DNA of 64,000 bases from positions 256 to 64,255 of the forward strand of contig JBJHBP010000004.1 in NCBI GenBank assembly GCA_050485545.1, given 5' to 3'. Every line of letters starts with the position of its first letter. The stretch's first letter is position 1. Both the position numbers and the translations under genes were made by a program. Below, piece after piece: positions 20,812-31,932 of this stretch. Under the pieces are notes generated by a model. The model had not been told where the DNA came from. It saw nothing but the letters and a program-made list of their open reading frames with translations, and searched no databases. The DNA comes from Gammaproteobacteria bacterium. GTDB taxonomy: Bacteria; Pseudomonadota; Gammaproteobacteria; Steroidobacterales; Rariloculaceae.

Positions 20812-23655
20812 TTACCCGAACACGTCCGCCCAGATCGCGGTGACCCGAGACCGCAGCGTTACGAACTCCTGATCGGAGACGACACGGCCGCGCTCATCCA
20901 GCGCCAGCTCGTGCACCCGCCGTCGCAATGCCAGGTAATCCTCACGCAGCGTGCGGCAATGTTCAGCGGCAACGAGCCCGGTCTGTTCCAGCGCCTCCAG
21001 CTGGCGAATGTTGTCCGGAAAGGTGACAAGGTCAGGATGGTCGCCCGCATGTGCCAGCACCCAGTAATCGACCAGAAATTCGATGTCGGCGATGCCACCG
21101 GGATCCTGTTTCAGATCGAACTCCCCGGCGGCCGCTTCCGACAGCTCCTTGCGCATGCGAAGCCGCATCCTGAGCACCTCGTCGCGCAATGTCTCGCGCT
21201 TCACATGACGCACCAGCACGTCGCGACGCCTGGCAGCGAAGGCCTGCACGACCGGGGTCGCGCCGGCCAGCGCGCGACTGCGCAGCAGCGCCTGATGCTC
21301 CCAGACCCAGGCCTCTGAACGCTGGTAGCGCGTGAATGCATCCATGCTCGCGACCATCTGCCCTGATGCACCGCTGGGACGCAGGCGCGTATCGACTTCA
21401 TACAGCCGTCCCGAGCTGGTCTGAATGGTCAGAAAGTGGATCAGCCGCTGGGCCAGTCGGGCGAAGAAGCGCACATTGTCGATCGGCTGCGGGCCATCGG
21501 TTTCCTGGTGGGAACCGGTCGAATCGTGCAGGAATACCAGATCCAGATCGGAGCCGTAGCCCAGCTCCAGACCGCCCAGCTTGCCGTACCCCACCACGGC
21601 AAATCCCGAATCGTGCAGATCATCAGGCTCGCCATGCCGCGGCCTGCCATAGCGGGCAACCAGCTCCTGCCATGCGGTCTGCAGCGACAGATCGACGACC
21701 AGTTCGGCAATGTCCGTGAGACGATCGCTGACCTTCATCAGCGGCAGGTTGCCCAGCCGATCGGCAATCGCGATCCTGAAAACCGCAGCGCGCTGGAACA
21801 CGCGTATCGCGTCGAGGATGCGCTCCACGTCGTCAGCGTCCTGCGCACGCGCCCGCTGCACCTGCTGCTCCAGCATCTGCTCCAGTTCCGCACGACTGGG
21901 TGGCGTCTTGGTAACACGTGCATCCAGCAGCTCGTCGAGCAGCAGCGGATGTTCGGCCACCTGACCGGCGATCAGCGCACTCTGCGAAGCCAGCCGCAGC
22001 AGACGTTCCAGCGCCGACGGGTTCTCGTTGAGCAGCGCCAGATACGCGCTGCGGCGACAGATGGCCTGCAATACCGGCAGTACTCGACGCAGCGCCAGCA
22101 GCGCGCTGTCAAGGGCGGCCAGCAGCGGCACGATGCGTACGATCACCGCGGACAGACGCTGACGGCTGGCTTCATCCATGCGCTGATACAGGCCACCGGA
22201 GCGGAATTCGCCCAGCGCGGCGCCCACTTCCGGTGCGTCCGCGAATGGCAGAGCGGCCACATGTTCGGCGATGCCACCGCCCTCCCAGGCCGTGCGCAGA
22301 GCATCGCCGTCATCCGTTTCGCTTCTGTCGGCGCGGTTCGCATCCCATGCGATGCGCTCGAACTCCGCGGCCACGTTGCCGCGGTGTGCGCTGAGGGTTC
22401 TGGTCAGACCGTCCCAGTCAGCCTCACCCATCGCGTACGCGAGGCGTGCCCGCGCCTCCTGGTCGCGCGGCAGATCGTGAGTCTGACGGTCTTCCATGGC
22501 CTGTAGGCGATGTTCCACCGTACGCAGATAGCGGTATGCGGCGACCAGCGTGGCGACAGTCTCGCGACCCAGCAGCCGTGCATCGCCCAGCATGGGCAGC
22601 ACCCTGAGCAGCGAGGGTTCGCGCAGCGCCGCGTCTCTGCCGCCGCGCACCAGCTGAAACGCCTGCGCGATGAATTCCACCTCGCGGATGCCACCCGGGC
22701 CCAGCTTGACGTTGTCGGCCAGTTCGCGGCGCGTGACCTCATCGCTGATCAGCTTCTTCATCTGCCGCAACGCGTCGAACACACCGAAATCCAGATAGCG
22801 CCGATACACATAGGGGCGCAGAATTTCTTCGAACAGGTCAGCCGCGAACCTGTCCCCGGTCATCAGGCGCGCCTTCACGTACGCGTAACGCTCCCAGTCA
22901 CGACCGTGGCGGACGAGATAAGACTCGAATGCCGGCAGGCTGACGACCAGCGGCCCGCTCATGCCGAACGGGCGCAGTCGCGTGTCGACGCGAAACACGA
23001 ATCCGTCTTCGCTGACATGGTCCAGCAGACGGATCAGCGTCTGACCAAGCCGACGAAAGTACGGTTCGGCGGAACCCGGCTCATGGTCGGCGTCGGCGCC
23101 GTGCGGATACAACAGCACCAGATCGATATCCGACGAGAAATTCAGCTCCCTGCCACCCAGCTTGCCCATCCCCAGCACCAGCAAGGGCAATGGTGTGCCA
23201 TCGGCATCCAGCGGCGCGGCGTGGCGCCCCTCGAGCTGCGCGGTGGCATGCGCCAGTGCTGCGCGAACCATGCCATCGGCCAGCGCCGACAGTTCGGCGA
23301 ACTGCACCTCCAGTTCCGCCCAGCCGGCAATGTCCCGCCAGGCGATGCGCGCCAGCTCCACATGACGCGCACGCCGCAGCGTGCGCATCGCCTGCGTCTC
23401 GCTCATTGCCGCAAGCTCCAGACGCTCCACCAGGTCATCGGCCGTCAGCGGCGACGTATCGGCCAGGCGCGCATACAGCGCCTCGGGATCACGCAACAGC
23501 ACCGACAATGTGAAGTCACTGAGCAGCACGACGCGCGCCATGGAATCGGCCACACGCGCATCGGCAGGTTCCGGCAGCCCGGCGACGCGCTCGGCGATTC
23601 TGTGCAATCGCGGTTGCAGCTCGGCAGGCAGATCGTCAGGAGCAGCGAGTTTCAA
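20812..23655 (-). CDS. glnE: Bifunctional glutamine synthetase adenylyltransferase/adenylyl-removing enzyme
   Basis: Two nucleotidyltransferase halves: GMGKLGGRELNFSSDIDL/RVDTRLRPFG and GYGKLGGLELGYGSDLDL/YEVDTRLRPSG. Confidence 0.97.
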   Translation of the reverse strand: MKLAAPDDLPAELQPRLHRIAERVAGLPEPADARVADSMARVVLLSDFTLSVLLRDPEALYARLADTSPLTADDLVERLELAAMSETQAMRTLRRARHVELARIAWRDIAGWAELEVQFAELSALADGMVRAALAHATAQLEGRHAAPLDADGTPLPLLVLGMGKLGGRELNFSSDIDLVLLYPHGADADHEPGSAEPYFRRLGQTLIRLLDHVSEDGFVFRVDTRLRPFGMSGPLVVSLPAFESYLVRHGRDWERYAYVKARLMTGDRFAADLFEEILRPYVYRRYLDFGVFDALRQMKKLISDEVTRRELADNVKLGPGGIREVEFIAQAFQLVRGGRDAALREPSLLRVLPMLGDARLLGRETVATLVAAYRYLRTVEHRLQAMEDRQTHDLPRDQEARARLAYAMGEADWDGLTRTLSAHRGNVAAEFERIAWDANRADRSETDDGDALRTAWEGGGIAEHVAALPFADAPEVGAALGEFRSGGLYQRMDEASRQRLSAVIVRIVPLLAALDSALLALRRVLPVLQAICRRSAYLALLNENPSALERLLRLASQSALIAGQVAEHPLLLDELLDARVTKTPPSRAELEQMLEQQVQRARAQDADDVERILDAIRVFQRAAVFRIAIADRLGNLPLMKVSDRLTDIAELVVDLSLQTAWQELVARYGRPRHGEPDDLHDSGFAVVGYGKLGGLELGYGSDLDLVFLHDSTGSHQETDGPQPIDNVRFFARLAQRLIHFLTIQTSSGRLYEVDTRLRPSGASGQMVASMDAFTRYQRSEAWVWEHQALLRSRALAGATPVVQAFAARRRDVLVRHVKRETLRDEVLRMRLRMRKELSEAAAGEFDLKQDPGGIADIEFLVDYWVLAHAGDHPDLVTFPDNIRQLEALEQTGLVAAEHCRTLREDYLALRRRVHELALDERGRVVSDQEFVTLRSRVTAIWADVFG

Positions 23656-23693
23656 GGCAACGGCATCTCGGCAGAAATCAGCGATGACTGTAC

Positions 23694-23887
23694 CCCGGAT
23701 TATTCATGAACGGAGGTGTGCTCGGCGATAGCCGGGCTGCTGCGGGGCAACCCCCTTGTCCCGGGGGCGGCGGAAGAGCATCCCTGCGCCTTGGCCGCGG
23801 CCATCCATGGCCGCGGACACCCCGGGAAAGGGGGTTGCCCCGCAGCAGCCCGGCTTTGACGGTGTCGCCGTTCATGAATAATCCGGG
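23694..23887. repeat. 194-bp nested-palindrome MITE/REP-like element, copy 1
   Basis: Perfect 20-bp terminal inverted repeat CCCGGATTATTCATGAACGG; 36-bp inner stem with one bulge (23730-23766 / 23820-23855); central hairpin CCGCGGCCAT-CC-ATGGCCGCGG (23795-23816); second copy at 44110-44303. Confidence 0.9.
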
Positions 23888-23911
23888 CCGACGGCGCGGT
23901 GGTTTCGTGTA

Positions 23912-23949
23912 CCTGAAAAAGGAAAACCCCGCACGAGGCGGGGTTTTCC
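23912..23949 (-). terminator. Rho-independent terminator of groEL
   Basis: Stem GGAAAACCCCGC / GCGGGGTTTTCC followed on the minus strand by a T run, about 27 bp after the groEL stop. Confidence 0.88.
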
Positions 23950-23975
23950 ATTCAGAACAGCAGCAGACGCTGCGA

Positions 23976-25643
<1,668 letters not shown>

Positions 25644-25668
25644 CTATGCGGTAGCGATCGGCGGGCGC

Positions 25669-25959
25669 TCAGCCCTCGATCACGGCCATGACGTCGTCTT
25701 CACGCATGACCAGCAGTTCTTCGCCGTCGACCTTGACCTCGGTGCCGGAATATTTGCCGAACAGCACCTTGTCACCGGCTTTCAGGTCCGGGGCGCGAAC
25801 GTCGCCATTGTCCAGAACCTTGCCTTTGCCAACCGCGATCACTTCGCCCTTGATGGGCTTTTCTGCTGCGGTATCGGGAATCACGATGCCACCGGGGGAT
25901 GTACGCTCTTCCTCGGTGCGTCGGATCACGACACGATCATGCAGGGGCCGAATTTTCAT
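25669..25959 (-). CDS. groS: Co-chaperonin GroES
   Basis: [27 protein letters not shown]. Confidence 0.99.
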   Translation of the reverse strand: MKIRPLHDRVVIRRTEEERTSPGGIVIPDTAAEKPIKGEVIAVGKGKVLDNGDVRAPDLKAGDKVLFGKYSGTEVKVDGEELLVMREDDVMAVIEG

Positions 25960-26035
25960 CGCTAGGTCTCCCTTAACAAGCTTTTGATTTAAATTGGAAA
26001 ATTCTAAAAATACCGGTGCGGTACCACGAGAATTG

Positions 26036-26062
26036 CTAGCACTCGGTTCAACCGAGTGCTAA
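26036..26062 (-). promoter_or_regulatory. CIRCE operator (HrcA site)
   Basis: Minus strand reads TTAGCACTC-GGTTGAACC-GAGTGCTAG, one mismatch to TTAGCACTC-N9-GAGTGCTAA; lies upstream of groES. Confidence 0.92.
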
Positions 26063-26064
26063 TG

Positions 26065-26090
26065 ATAGGGGCGACTTTGCCGATTTCAAG
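26065..26090 (-). promoter_or_regulatory. Sigma32-type promoter of groESL
   Basis: Minus strand reads CTTGAA-N13-CCCCTAT, immediately upstream of the CIRCE. Confidence 0.8.
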
Positions 26091-26173
26091 CCCGAACCCC
26101 GAACTATGCAGGCCGATTTGGCGTCTGAGTCTGCGACGGAAGTCATGACAGCCCCCGGCAAGGCCCGCTATCC

Positions 26174-26596
26174 TTGTGGATTGATCAACCGCACCGGACT
26201 CCTGTGTTGAACGTCAGTCTCTCTTCCAGCCAGTCACCGGATGAACTTCCGGGCCATGGTGCCGGTCATCTGCTGGTGATGACCACCTGCGCCGATGGCG
26301 AGGCGGCGGACCAGCTTGCGGCGGTGCTGGTCAGGGAGAGCCTGGCTGCGTGTGTGAACACCGTGCGCAACATCACTTCCACGTATCGGTGGGACGGCAG
26401 GATCCAGCAGGACAGTGAGGCATTGCTGCTGATCAAGACCACGGCGGAACGTTTTCCCGCTCTGGAGCAGGCCATACAGGCCAACCACAGCTATGAGGTG
26501 CCGGAGGTGATTGCATTGCCGATCAACGGCGGCTCGACCGCCTACCTTGACTGGCTGTCGGCATCCACGGGCGGCGCAGACAGGAACGACCGATGA
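26174..26596 (+). CDS. cutA: Divalent-cation tolerance protein CutA (start uncertain)
   Basis: LAACVN, STYRWDG, LLIKT, HSYEVPEVIALP, YLDWL; upstream of dsbD. Confidence 0.93.
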   Translation: MWIDQPHRTPVLNVSLSSSQSPDELPGHGAGHLLVMTTCADGEAADQLAAVLVRESLAACVNTVRNITSTYRWDGRIQQDSEALLLIKTTAERFPALEQAIQANHSYEVPEVIALPINGGSTAYLDWLSASTGGADRNDR

Positions 26597-28854
26597 CAGA
26601 TCACTACCGCAACCCGTCTGCCGCACCGACACTGCGCGTGTTGGTGCCTGCGGTCGTGGCGATGGTGCTGCTGATCGCGACGGCGCTGCTGTGGTCCGGC
26701 TCCCGGGCACAGCAGGTACTGCATCCGGAGGTCGCCTTTCCCTATACCGTCGAGGCGGACGGGCAGCGGCTGCTGGTGAATTTCGAGATTCTCGACGGCT
26801 ACTACCTGTACCGCGACAAGTTCGGCTTCGAAACCGACACCGCCGGCGCTCGCCTGCTCGGCGCCCGCATGCCGCAGGGACGCACTCACAGCGACGAGTT
26901 CTTTGGCGAGCAGGAAATCTATCGTGGCCGGTTCCAGATCGAGATTCCATACAGCCGCAGCCGCGAACTGTATGAACTGACGCTCGACATGACATTGCAG
27001 GGTTGCGCGGACATCGGTCTGTGCTACCCGCCGCAGTACTGGAGCCGCGATGTCGCTGTTCCGCCCGGACCTGTTGTAGCCGGTGGCACGATGTCGCAGC
27101 CGGTGATGCTGGGTGAGCTGCTGCTGGGCGAGCGCGGCCGTGCCGCGGCCGACGACGTACTGCCGCCCGAGCAGGCGTTCGTCATGAACGCCATCGTGGC
27201 CGGCCCCAACGAACTGCTGGTGAGCTGGGACATACAGCCCGGCTACTACCTCTATCGCGACAGCTTCGAATTCCGCACCGACAGCGACATCAGGCTGGGC
27301 GGTGCGGCATTGCCTGCCGGCGTGGCGCATCACGATGAATTTTTCGGCGACGTCACCGTGTACTACGACTACGTGGAAGCCACGGTGCCATTCGCGCGCG
27401 CCACGCCGGATGAGATCCCGCTGCTGATCACCGCCGTCTTCCAGGGCTGCAAGGAAGACAGCATCTGCTATCCGCCAATCGAACAGTCCATGTCGCTGAC
27501 GCTGCCGGCTGCCAGCGTGTTCGCCACCACGCTGCCGGCGGCGCCGGTCAGCGAGCAGGACCGTCTGGCCAGCCTGCTGCTGGCGGACCAGTGGTGGCTG
27601 GTACTGGGTACTTTTTATGGCCTCGGGCTGCTGCTGGCGTTCACGCCCTGCGTACTGCCCATGGTGCCGATCCTGTCGGGCATCATTGCCGGTCACAATC
27701 AGGTGTCCACGCAGCGCGCCTTCCTGCTGTCGCTGAGTTTCGTGCTCGGCATGGCGGTGATGTATACGGCCGCCGGGGCACTGGCTGCGGTGGCGGGCGG
27801 GCAGATTCAGGCGGTATTCCAGAAACCCTGGATCATCGGTCTGTTCGCGGCACTGTTCGTTGCCATGGGACTGGCCATGTTCGGCCTGCTCCGGGTTCAG
27901 ATGCCTGCCGCAATCCAGACGCGGCTGGCCAACCTTGCCAATCGCCAGACTGCTGGCACGTTCGCCGGCACCGCTGCAATCGGCGCGCTGTCGGCGCTGA
28001 TCGTCACCACCTGCGTCGCGCCGCCGCTGGTTGCCGCGCTGGCCGTGATCGGCCAGACCGGCGACGTCATGCGCGGTTCCACAGCCCTGTTCGCGCTGAG
28101 TCTGGGGATGGGTACGCCGCTGCTGGCATTCGGCGCATCCGCGGGCAAACTGATGCCCAAGGCAGGCCCGTGGATGAATACCGTGAAAGCCGCGTTCGGC
28201 GTGATGCTGATCGGTGTTGCGATCTGGATGCTGGAGCGCGTGTTGCCTGGCTCCGTCACGTTGGTGATGTGGGCCCTGCTGGTGTTTCTGACCGGCGTGT
28301 TCATGGGCGCCTTCGAGCCGTTGCCGACCGAGCCGCCAGCATCGCGGCGCCTGGGCAAGGGCCTGGGTGTACTCGCCTGTCTGTATGGCGTGCTGATGCT
28401 GGTTGGCTGGGCGCTGGGCGGCAGCGATCCGCTGCGTCCGATACCGCAGGGCGCTCTGGTTGCCGGCAATTCGGCAGCGGTGCAGCCGCTGCCGTTCCGC
28501 AACATCGACTCCGTCGCACAGCTGGAGTCCGAACTGGACGCAGCGCGGCAGTCCGGCCGCCCGGTGATGGTAGACTTCACCGCCGACTGGTGTGTGTCCT
28601 GCAAGGAAATGGAACGCTACACGTTCACCGCCGGATCGGTGGTGGATGCACTTGCGCCATTCGTGCTGCTGAAGATCGACGTGACCGCCAACACCGAGGC
28701 CGACCGCGAACTGCTGGGTTATTTCTCGAGCTTCGGTCCGCCGACGATTGCGTTCTACGATGCCCATGGACGCAGACTCGACGGCTTCACACTGGTCGGG
28801 TTCGTCCGTGCGAACGAGTTCGCCACACATGTGAATACAGTTGCCGCCCTATGA
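26593..28854 (+). CDS. dsbD: Thiol:disulfide interchange protein DsbD with two N-terminal domains
   Basis: Two GYYLYRD...QGC-X5-CYPP domains, transmembrane motifs FTPCVLPM and TTCVAPPL, C-terminal thioredoxin ADWCVSCKEME. Confidence 0.95.
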   Translation: MTDHYRNPSAAPTLRVLVPAVVAMVLLIATALLWSGSRAQQVLHPEVAFPYTVEADGQRLLVNFEILDGYYLYRDKFGFETDTAGARLLGARMPQGRTHSDEFFGEQEIYRGRFQIEIPYSRSRELYELTLDMTLQGCADIGLCYPPQYWSRDVAVPPGPVVAGGTMSQPVMLGELLLGERGRAAADDVLPPEQAFVMNAIVAGPNELLVSWDIQPGYYLYRDSFEFRTDSDIRLGGAALPAGVAHHDEFFGDVTVYYDYVEATVPFARATPDEIPLLITAVFQGCKEDSICYPPIEQSMSLTLPAASVFATTLPAAPVSEQDRLASLLLADQWWLVLGTFYGLGLLLAFTPCVLPMVPILSGIIAGHNQVSTQRAFLLSLSFVLGMAVMYTAAGALAAVAGGQIQAVFQKPWIIGLFAALFVAMGLAMFGLLRVQMPAAIQTRLANLANRQTAGTFAGTAAIGALSALIVTTCVAPPLVAALAVIGQTGDVMRGSTALFALSLGMGTPLLAFGASAGKLMPKAGPWMNTVKAAFGVMLIGVAIWMLERVLPGSVTLVMWALLVFLTGVFMGAFEPLPTEPPASRRLGKGLGVLACLYGVLMLVGWALGGSDPLRPIPQGALVAGNSAAVQPLPFRNIDSVAQLESELDAARQSGRPVMVDFTADWCVSCKEMERYTFTAGSVVDALAPFVLLKIDVTANTEADRELLGYFSSFGPPTIAFYDAHGRRLDGFTLVGFVRANEFATHVNTVAAL

Positions 28855-29465
28855 GAAGCCGGTTCACCGCTCCCACACTGATGACGCTGGTGCTGAGCCT
28901 GGCGGCCGTGGCCGGCTACATCGCGTACCGCGCCACCATCGCACCGGGCCAGTCCGGCAGCGCCACGGATATTGCGGCAGAGGCCGGCGCGCTCGCTGAA
29001 CGGCTGCCGGACTTTTCGCTGGCCAATCTGGATGGGCATCCGCAGTCCATTCACGACTGGCATGGCGAGCCGCTGATCATCAATTTCTGGGCCACCTGGT
29101 GTGCGCCCTGTCTGCGTGAGATACCGCTGCTGAAGACCGTGCAGGACGACAATGCCTGGCTGCGCGTGATCGGCATCGCAATCGACCGCAGGCCCGAAGT
29201 GCTGGCGTTCGCCAATGACATGCAGTTCAACTACCCGGTGCTTCAGGGCGAAGCCGATGCGTTCGAGGCCGCCGCCTCCTTCGGTGCCGAATTCATCGCC
29301 ATGCCGTTTACGGTGTTCGCCGACGACCACGGCTATCTGCTGGGGGTGTACACCGGCGAATTGCATGCTGAAGAACTTGAGAACGTGGTCGCCGTACTGG
29401 ACGACCGCCGCAGCGGCCGGATCAGCCTGGATCAGGCCAGACAGCGAATCGCCGGCCTGATGTAG
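28851..29465 (+). CDS. TlpA-family disulfide reductase
   Basis: N-terminal anchor and INFWATWCAPCLREIP; ATG at 28851 overlaps the dsbD stop. Confidence 0.92.
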   Translation: MRSRFTAPTLMTLVLSLAAVAGYIAYRATIAPGQSGSATDIAAEAGALAERLPDFSLANLDGHPQSIHDWHGEPLIINFWATWCAPCLREIPLLKTVQDDNAWLRVIGIAIDRRPEVLAFANDMQFNYPVLQGEADAFEAAASFGAEFIAMPFTVFADDHGYLLGVYTGELHAEELENVVAVLDDRRSGRISLDQARQRIAGLM

Positions 29466-29614
29466 TCCCTGTAACGCCCGCCACGCGGTGCCCGCTCCGC
29501 AACGCGTCCGTGAGGATGGGCGATCCGCCGAATGTTGACGCGATGTTCGCAAGATTGCCGCCAATGTCGGCGAAATCGAGTTAAACTGGCGCCCATTTCG
29601 CTGACACCGGAACC

Positions 29615-30067
29615 ATGGCGCACATCCTCCTGCTCAACGGCCCCAACCTGAACCTGCTCGGACAGCGGGAACCTGGACTGTACGGCGCCGCAACCCTGGA
29701 GGACATCGAGGGTCTGGTTCAGCGCGAAGCGGGGCGGCTCGGCCACGCCGTCGCAACATTTCAGAGCAATGCCGAACACGCGCTGGTGGAACGAATCCAC
29801 GAGGCGCGAGGCACGGTCGACCTGATCATCATCAATCCGGCTGCGTTCACGCACACCAGCGTAGCGTTGCGCGATGCGCTGCTGGCGGTCGCAATGCCGT
29901 TCATTGAGGTGCACCTGTCGAACATCGCGGCACGCGAGCCGTTCCGGCAGCACTCCTACTTTTCCGATATCGCGATCGGCACGATCTGCGGTTTCGGCAT
30001 CACCGGCTATGAACTGGCGCTGCTGGCTGCCGACCGCTATCTGGCGGCCAGGGTACAGGCGCGGTAA
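29615..30067 (+). CDS. aroQ: Type II 3-dehydroquinate dehydratase
   Basis: [37 protein letters not shown]. Confidence 0.97.
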   Translation: MAHILLLNGPNLNLLGQREPGLYGAATLEDIEGLVQREAGRLGHAVATFQSNAEHALVERIHEARGTVDLIIINPAAFTHTSVALRDALLAVAMPFIEVHLSNIAAREPFRQHSYFSDIAIGTICGFGITGYELALLAADRYLAARVQAR

Positions 30068-30086
30068 CCGTTTCGGGGAGACAGGC

Positions 30087-30545
30087 ATGGATATACGCAA
30101 GGTCAAGAAGCTGATTGAACTGCTGGAGGAGTCCGGCATATCGGAAATCGAGATTCGCGAAGGGGAGGAGTCCGTGCGGATCAGTCGCTATCCACAGGCG
30201 GTGCCCGTGGCTGCCGCACCGGCCATGGCTCCGACGGCGCCGGGCGCACTGCCAGCGGCTTCGGCGGCACCGGCAGCCGAAGCGGCGCTGCCGACTCCGC
30301 CGCCACGCGGCCATGAAGTCACTTCCCCGATGGTCGGCACTTTCTATTCCAGCCCCAGCCCGGGCGCGAAGTCCTTCGTCGAGATCGGCTCGCAGGTGAA
30401 GTCCGGCGATGTACTGTGCATCATCGAAGCCATGAAGATGATGAACCAGATAGAGGCCGATGTATCCGGACGTATCGTCAGCATCAACGCCGACAACGGC
30501 TCTCCGGTCGAGTTCGGCCAGACGCTGTTCGTTATTGAACCGTAG
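30087..30545 (+). CDS. accB: Acetyl-CoA carboxylase biotin carboxyl carrier protein
   Basis: [31 protein letters not shown]. Confidence 0.97.
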   Translation: MDIRKVKKLIELLEESGISEIEIREGEESVRISRYPQAVPVAAAPAMAPTAPGALPAASAAPAAEAALPTPPPRGHEVTSPMVGTFYSSPSPGAKSFVEIGSQVKSGDVLCIIEAMKMMNQIEADVSGRIVSINADNGSPVEFGQTLFVIEP

Positions 30546-30557
30546 GCCGGCGAAACC

Positions 30558-31904
30558 ATGATGCTAGGCAAGGTACTGATCGCCAACCGCGGCGAGATTG
30601 CGCTCAGGGTTTATCGCGCCTGCCGAGAGCTGGGCATCAAGACCGTGGCGGTTCACTCCACCGCTGACGCCAACCTCAAACATGTACTGCTGGCCGATGA
30701 AACCGTCTGCATCGGTCCACCGCAGTCGCAGGCCAGCTACCTGAACATGCCCGGCATCATCGCGGCGGCGGAGGTAACCGATTCTGTAGCCATCCATCCC
30801 GGCTACGGATTTCTGTCCGAGAATGCCGACTTCGCCGAACGCGTCGAGGAGAGCGGTTTCATCTTCATTGGCCCGCGCCCGGAAACCACACGCGTCATCG
30901 GCGACAAGGTCGCGGCGATACGCACCATGCGTAAAGCCGGCGTGCCCTGCGTGCCGGGTTCCGACGGTCCGCTGACCGACAATCCGGAAGAAAACGCCCG
31001 GCTCGCCCGCGACATCGGCTACCCGGTCATCATCAAGGCGGCGGCCGGTGGCGGCGGTCGCGGCATGCGCGTCGTGCACAGCGAGGCTGCGCTATCCAGC
31101 GCCGTTTCCATCACCAAGGCCGAGGCAAAGTCCGCCTTTGGCAGCGACCAGGTGTACATGGAGAAGTTTCTCGAGCGGCCGAGACACATCGAATTTCAGG
31201 TGCTGTGTGACACGCAGGGCAATGCCGTGCACCTGGGTGAACGCGACTGTTCCATGCAGCGTCGCCATCAGAAGGTCGTCGAGGAAGCCCCCGGGCCTGG
31301 CATCACCAAAGAGCAGCGCGACAAGATGGGGAAGCGCTGCGTCGAAGCCTGCCTTGCCATTGGTTACCGCGGCGCCGGCACATTCGAGTTTCTGTACCAG
31401 GACGGCGAGTTCTTCTTCATCGAAATGAACGCGCGCGTGCAGGTGGAGCATCCGGTGACCGAGATGGTTACGGGCATCGACATCGTAAAAATGCAGCTGC
31501 TGATTGCCGCCGGCGAACCGCTGCCGTTCAGGCAGAAGGATGTGCGCTGGTGGGGACACGCGATCGAGTGCCGCATCAATGCCGAGGACCCGAAGACCTT
31601 CATGCCGTCGCCCGGCACGGTGAACCTCTGGCATCCGCCGGGCGGTCCCGGCATTCGCGTCGACAGTCATCTGTACAGCGGCTATGCGGTACCGCCTTAC
31701 TACGATTCGCTGATTGCGAAAATCATCGCACACGGCGAGGATCGCCAGTCGGCCATTGCCCGCATGTCCACCGCACTGGGCGAGATCGTCATCGACGGCA
31801 TTCACACCAACGTACCGCTGCACGAGGAGATTTTCCAGCACACCGCCTTCAAGAACGGCGGCACCGACATCCATTACCTGGAGAATCGGCTGGGACTGAA
31901 ATAG
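30558..31904 (+). CDS. accC: Biotin carboxylase
   Basis: [40 protein letters not shown]. Confidence 0.98.
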   Translation: MMLGKVLIANRGEIALRVYRACRELGIKTVAVHSTADANLKHVLLADETVCIGPPQSQASYLNMPGIIAAAEVTDSVAIHPGYGFLSENADFAERVEESGFIFIGPRPETTRVIGDKVAAIRTMRKAGVPCVPGSDGPLTDNPEENARLARDIGYPVIIKAAAGGGGRGMRVVHSEAALSSAVSITKAEAKSAFGSDQVYMEKFLERPRHIEFQVLCDTQGNAVHLGERDCSMQRRHQKVVEEAPGPGITKEQRDKMGKRCVEACLAIGYRGAGTFEFLYQDGEFFFIEMNARVQVEHPVTEMVTGIDIVKMQLLIAAGEPLPFRQKDVRWWGHAIECRINAEDPKTFMPSPGTVNLWHPPGGPGIRVDSHLYSGYAVPPYYDSLIAKIIAHGEDRQSAIARMSTALGEIVIDGIHTNVPLHEEIFQHTAFKNGGTDIHYLENRLGLK

Positions 31905-31932
31905 CTCCCCGCCGAACCCGGATCCAACCAAG

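Noticed and set aside
23678-23951. Short ORFs sharing the peptide LGRGHPWPRTPRERG with ORFs near 44035-44289
   Set aside because: The similarity is simply translation of the DNA repeat; no evidence of a protein.
26542-28830. 762-aa minus-strand ORF, and the upstream part of the 624-aa ORF at 27591
   Set aside because: Shadow frames of dsbD; only 28851-29465 (TlpA) is real.
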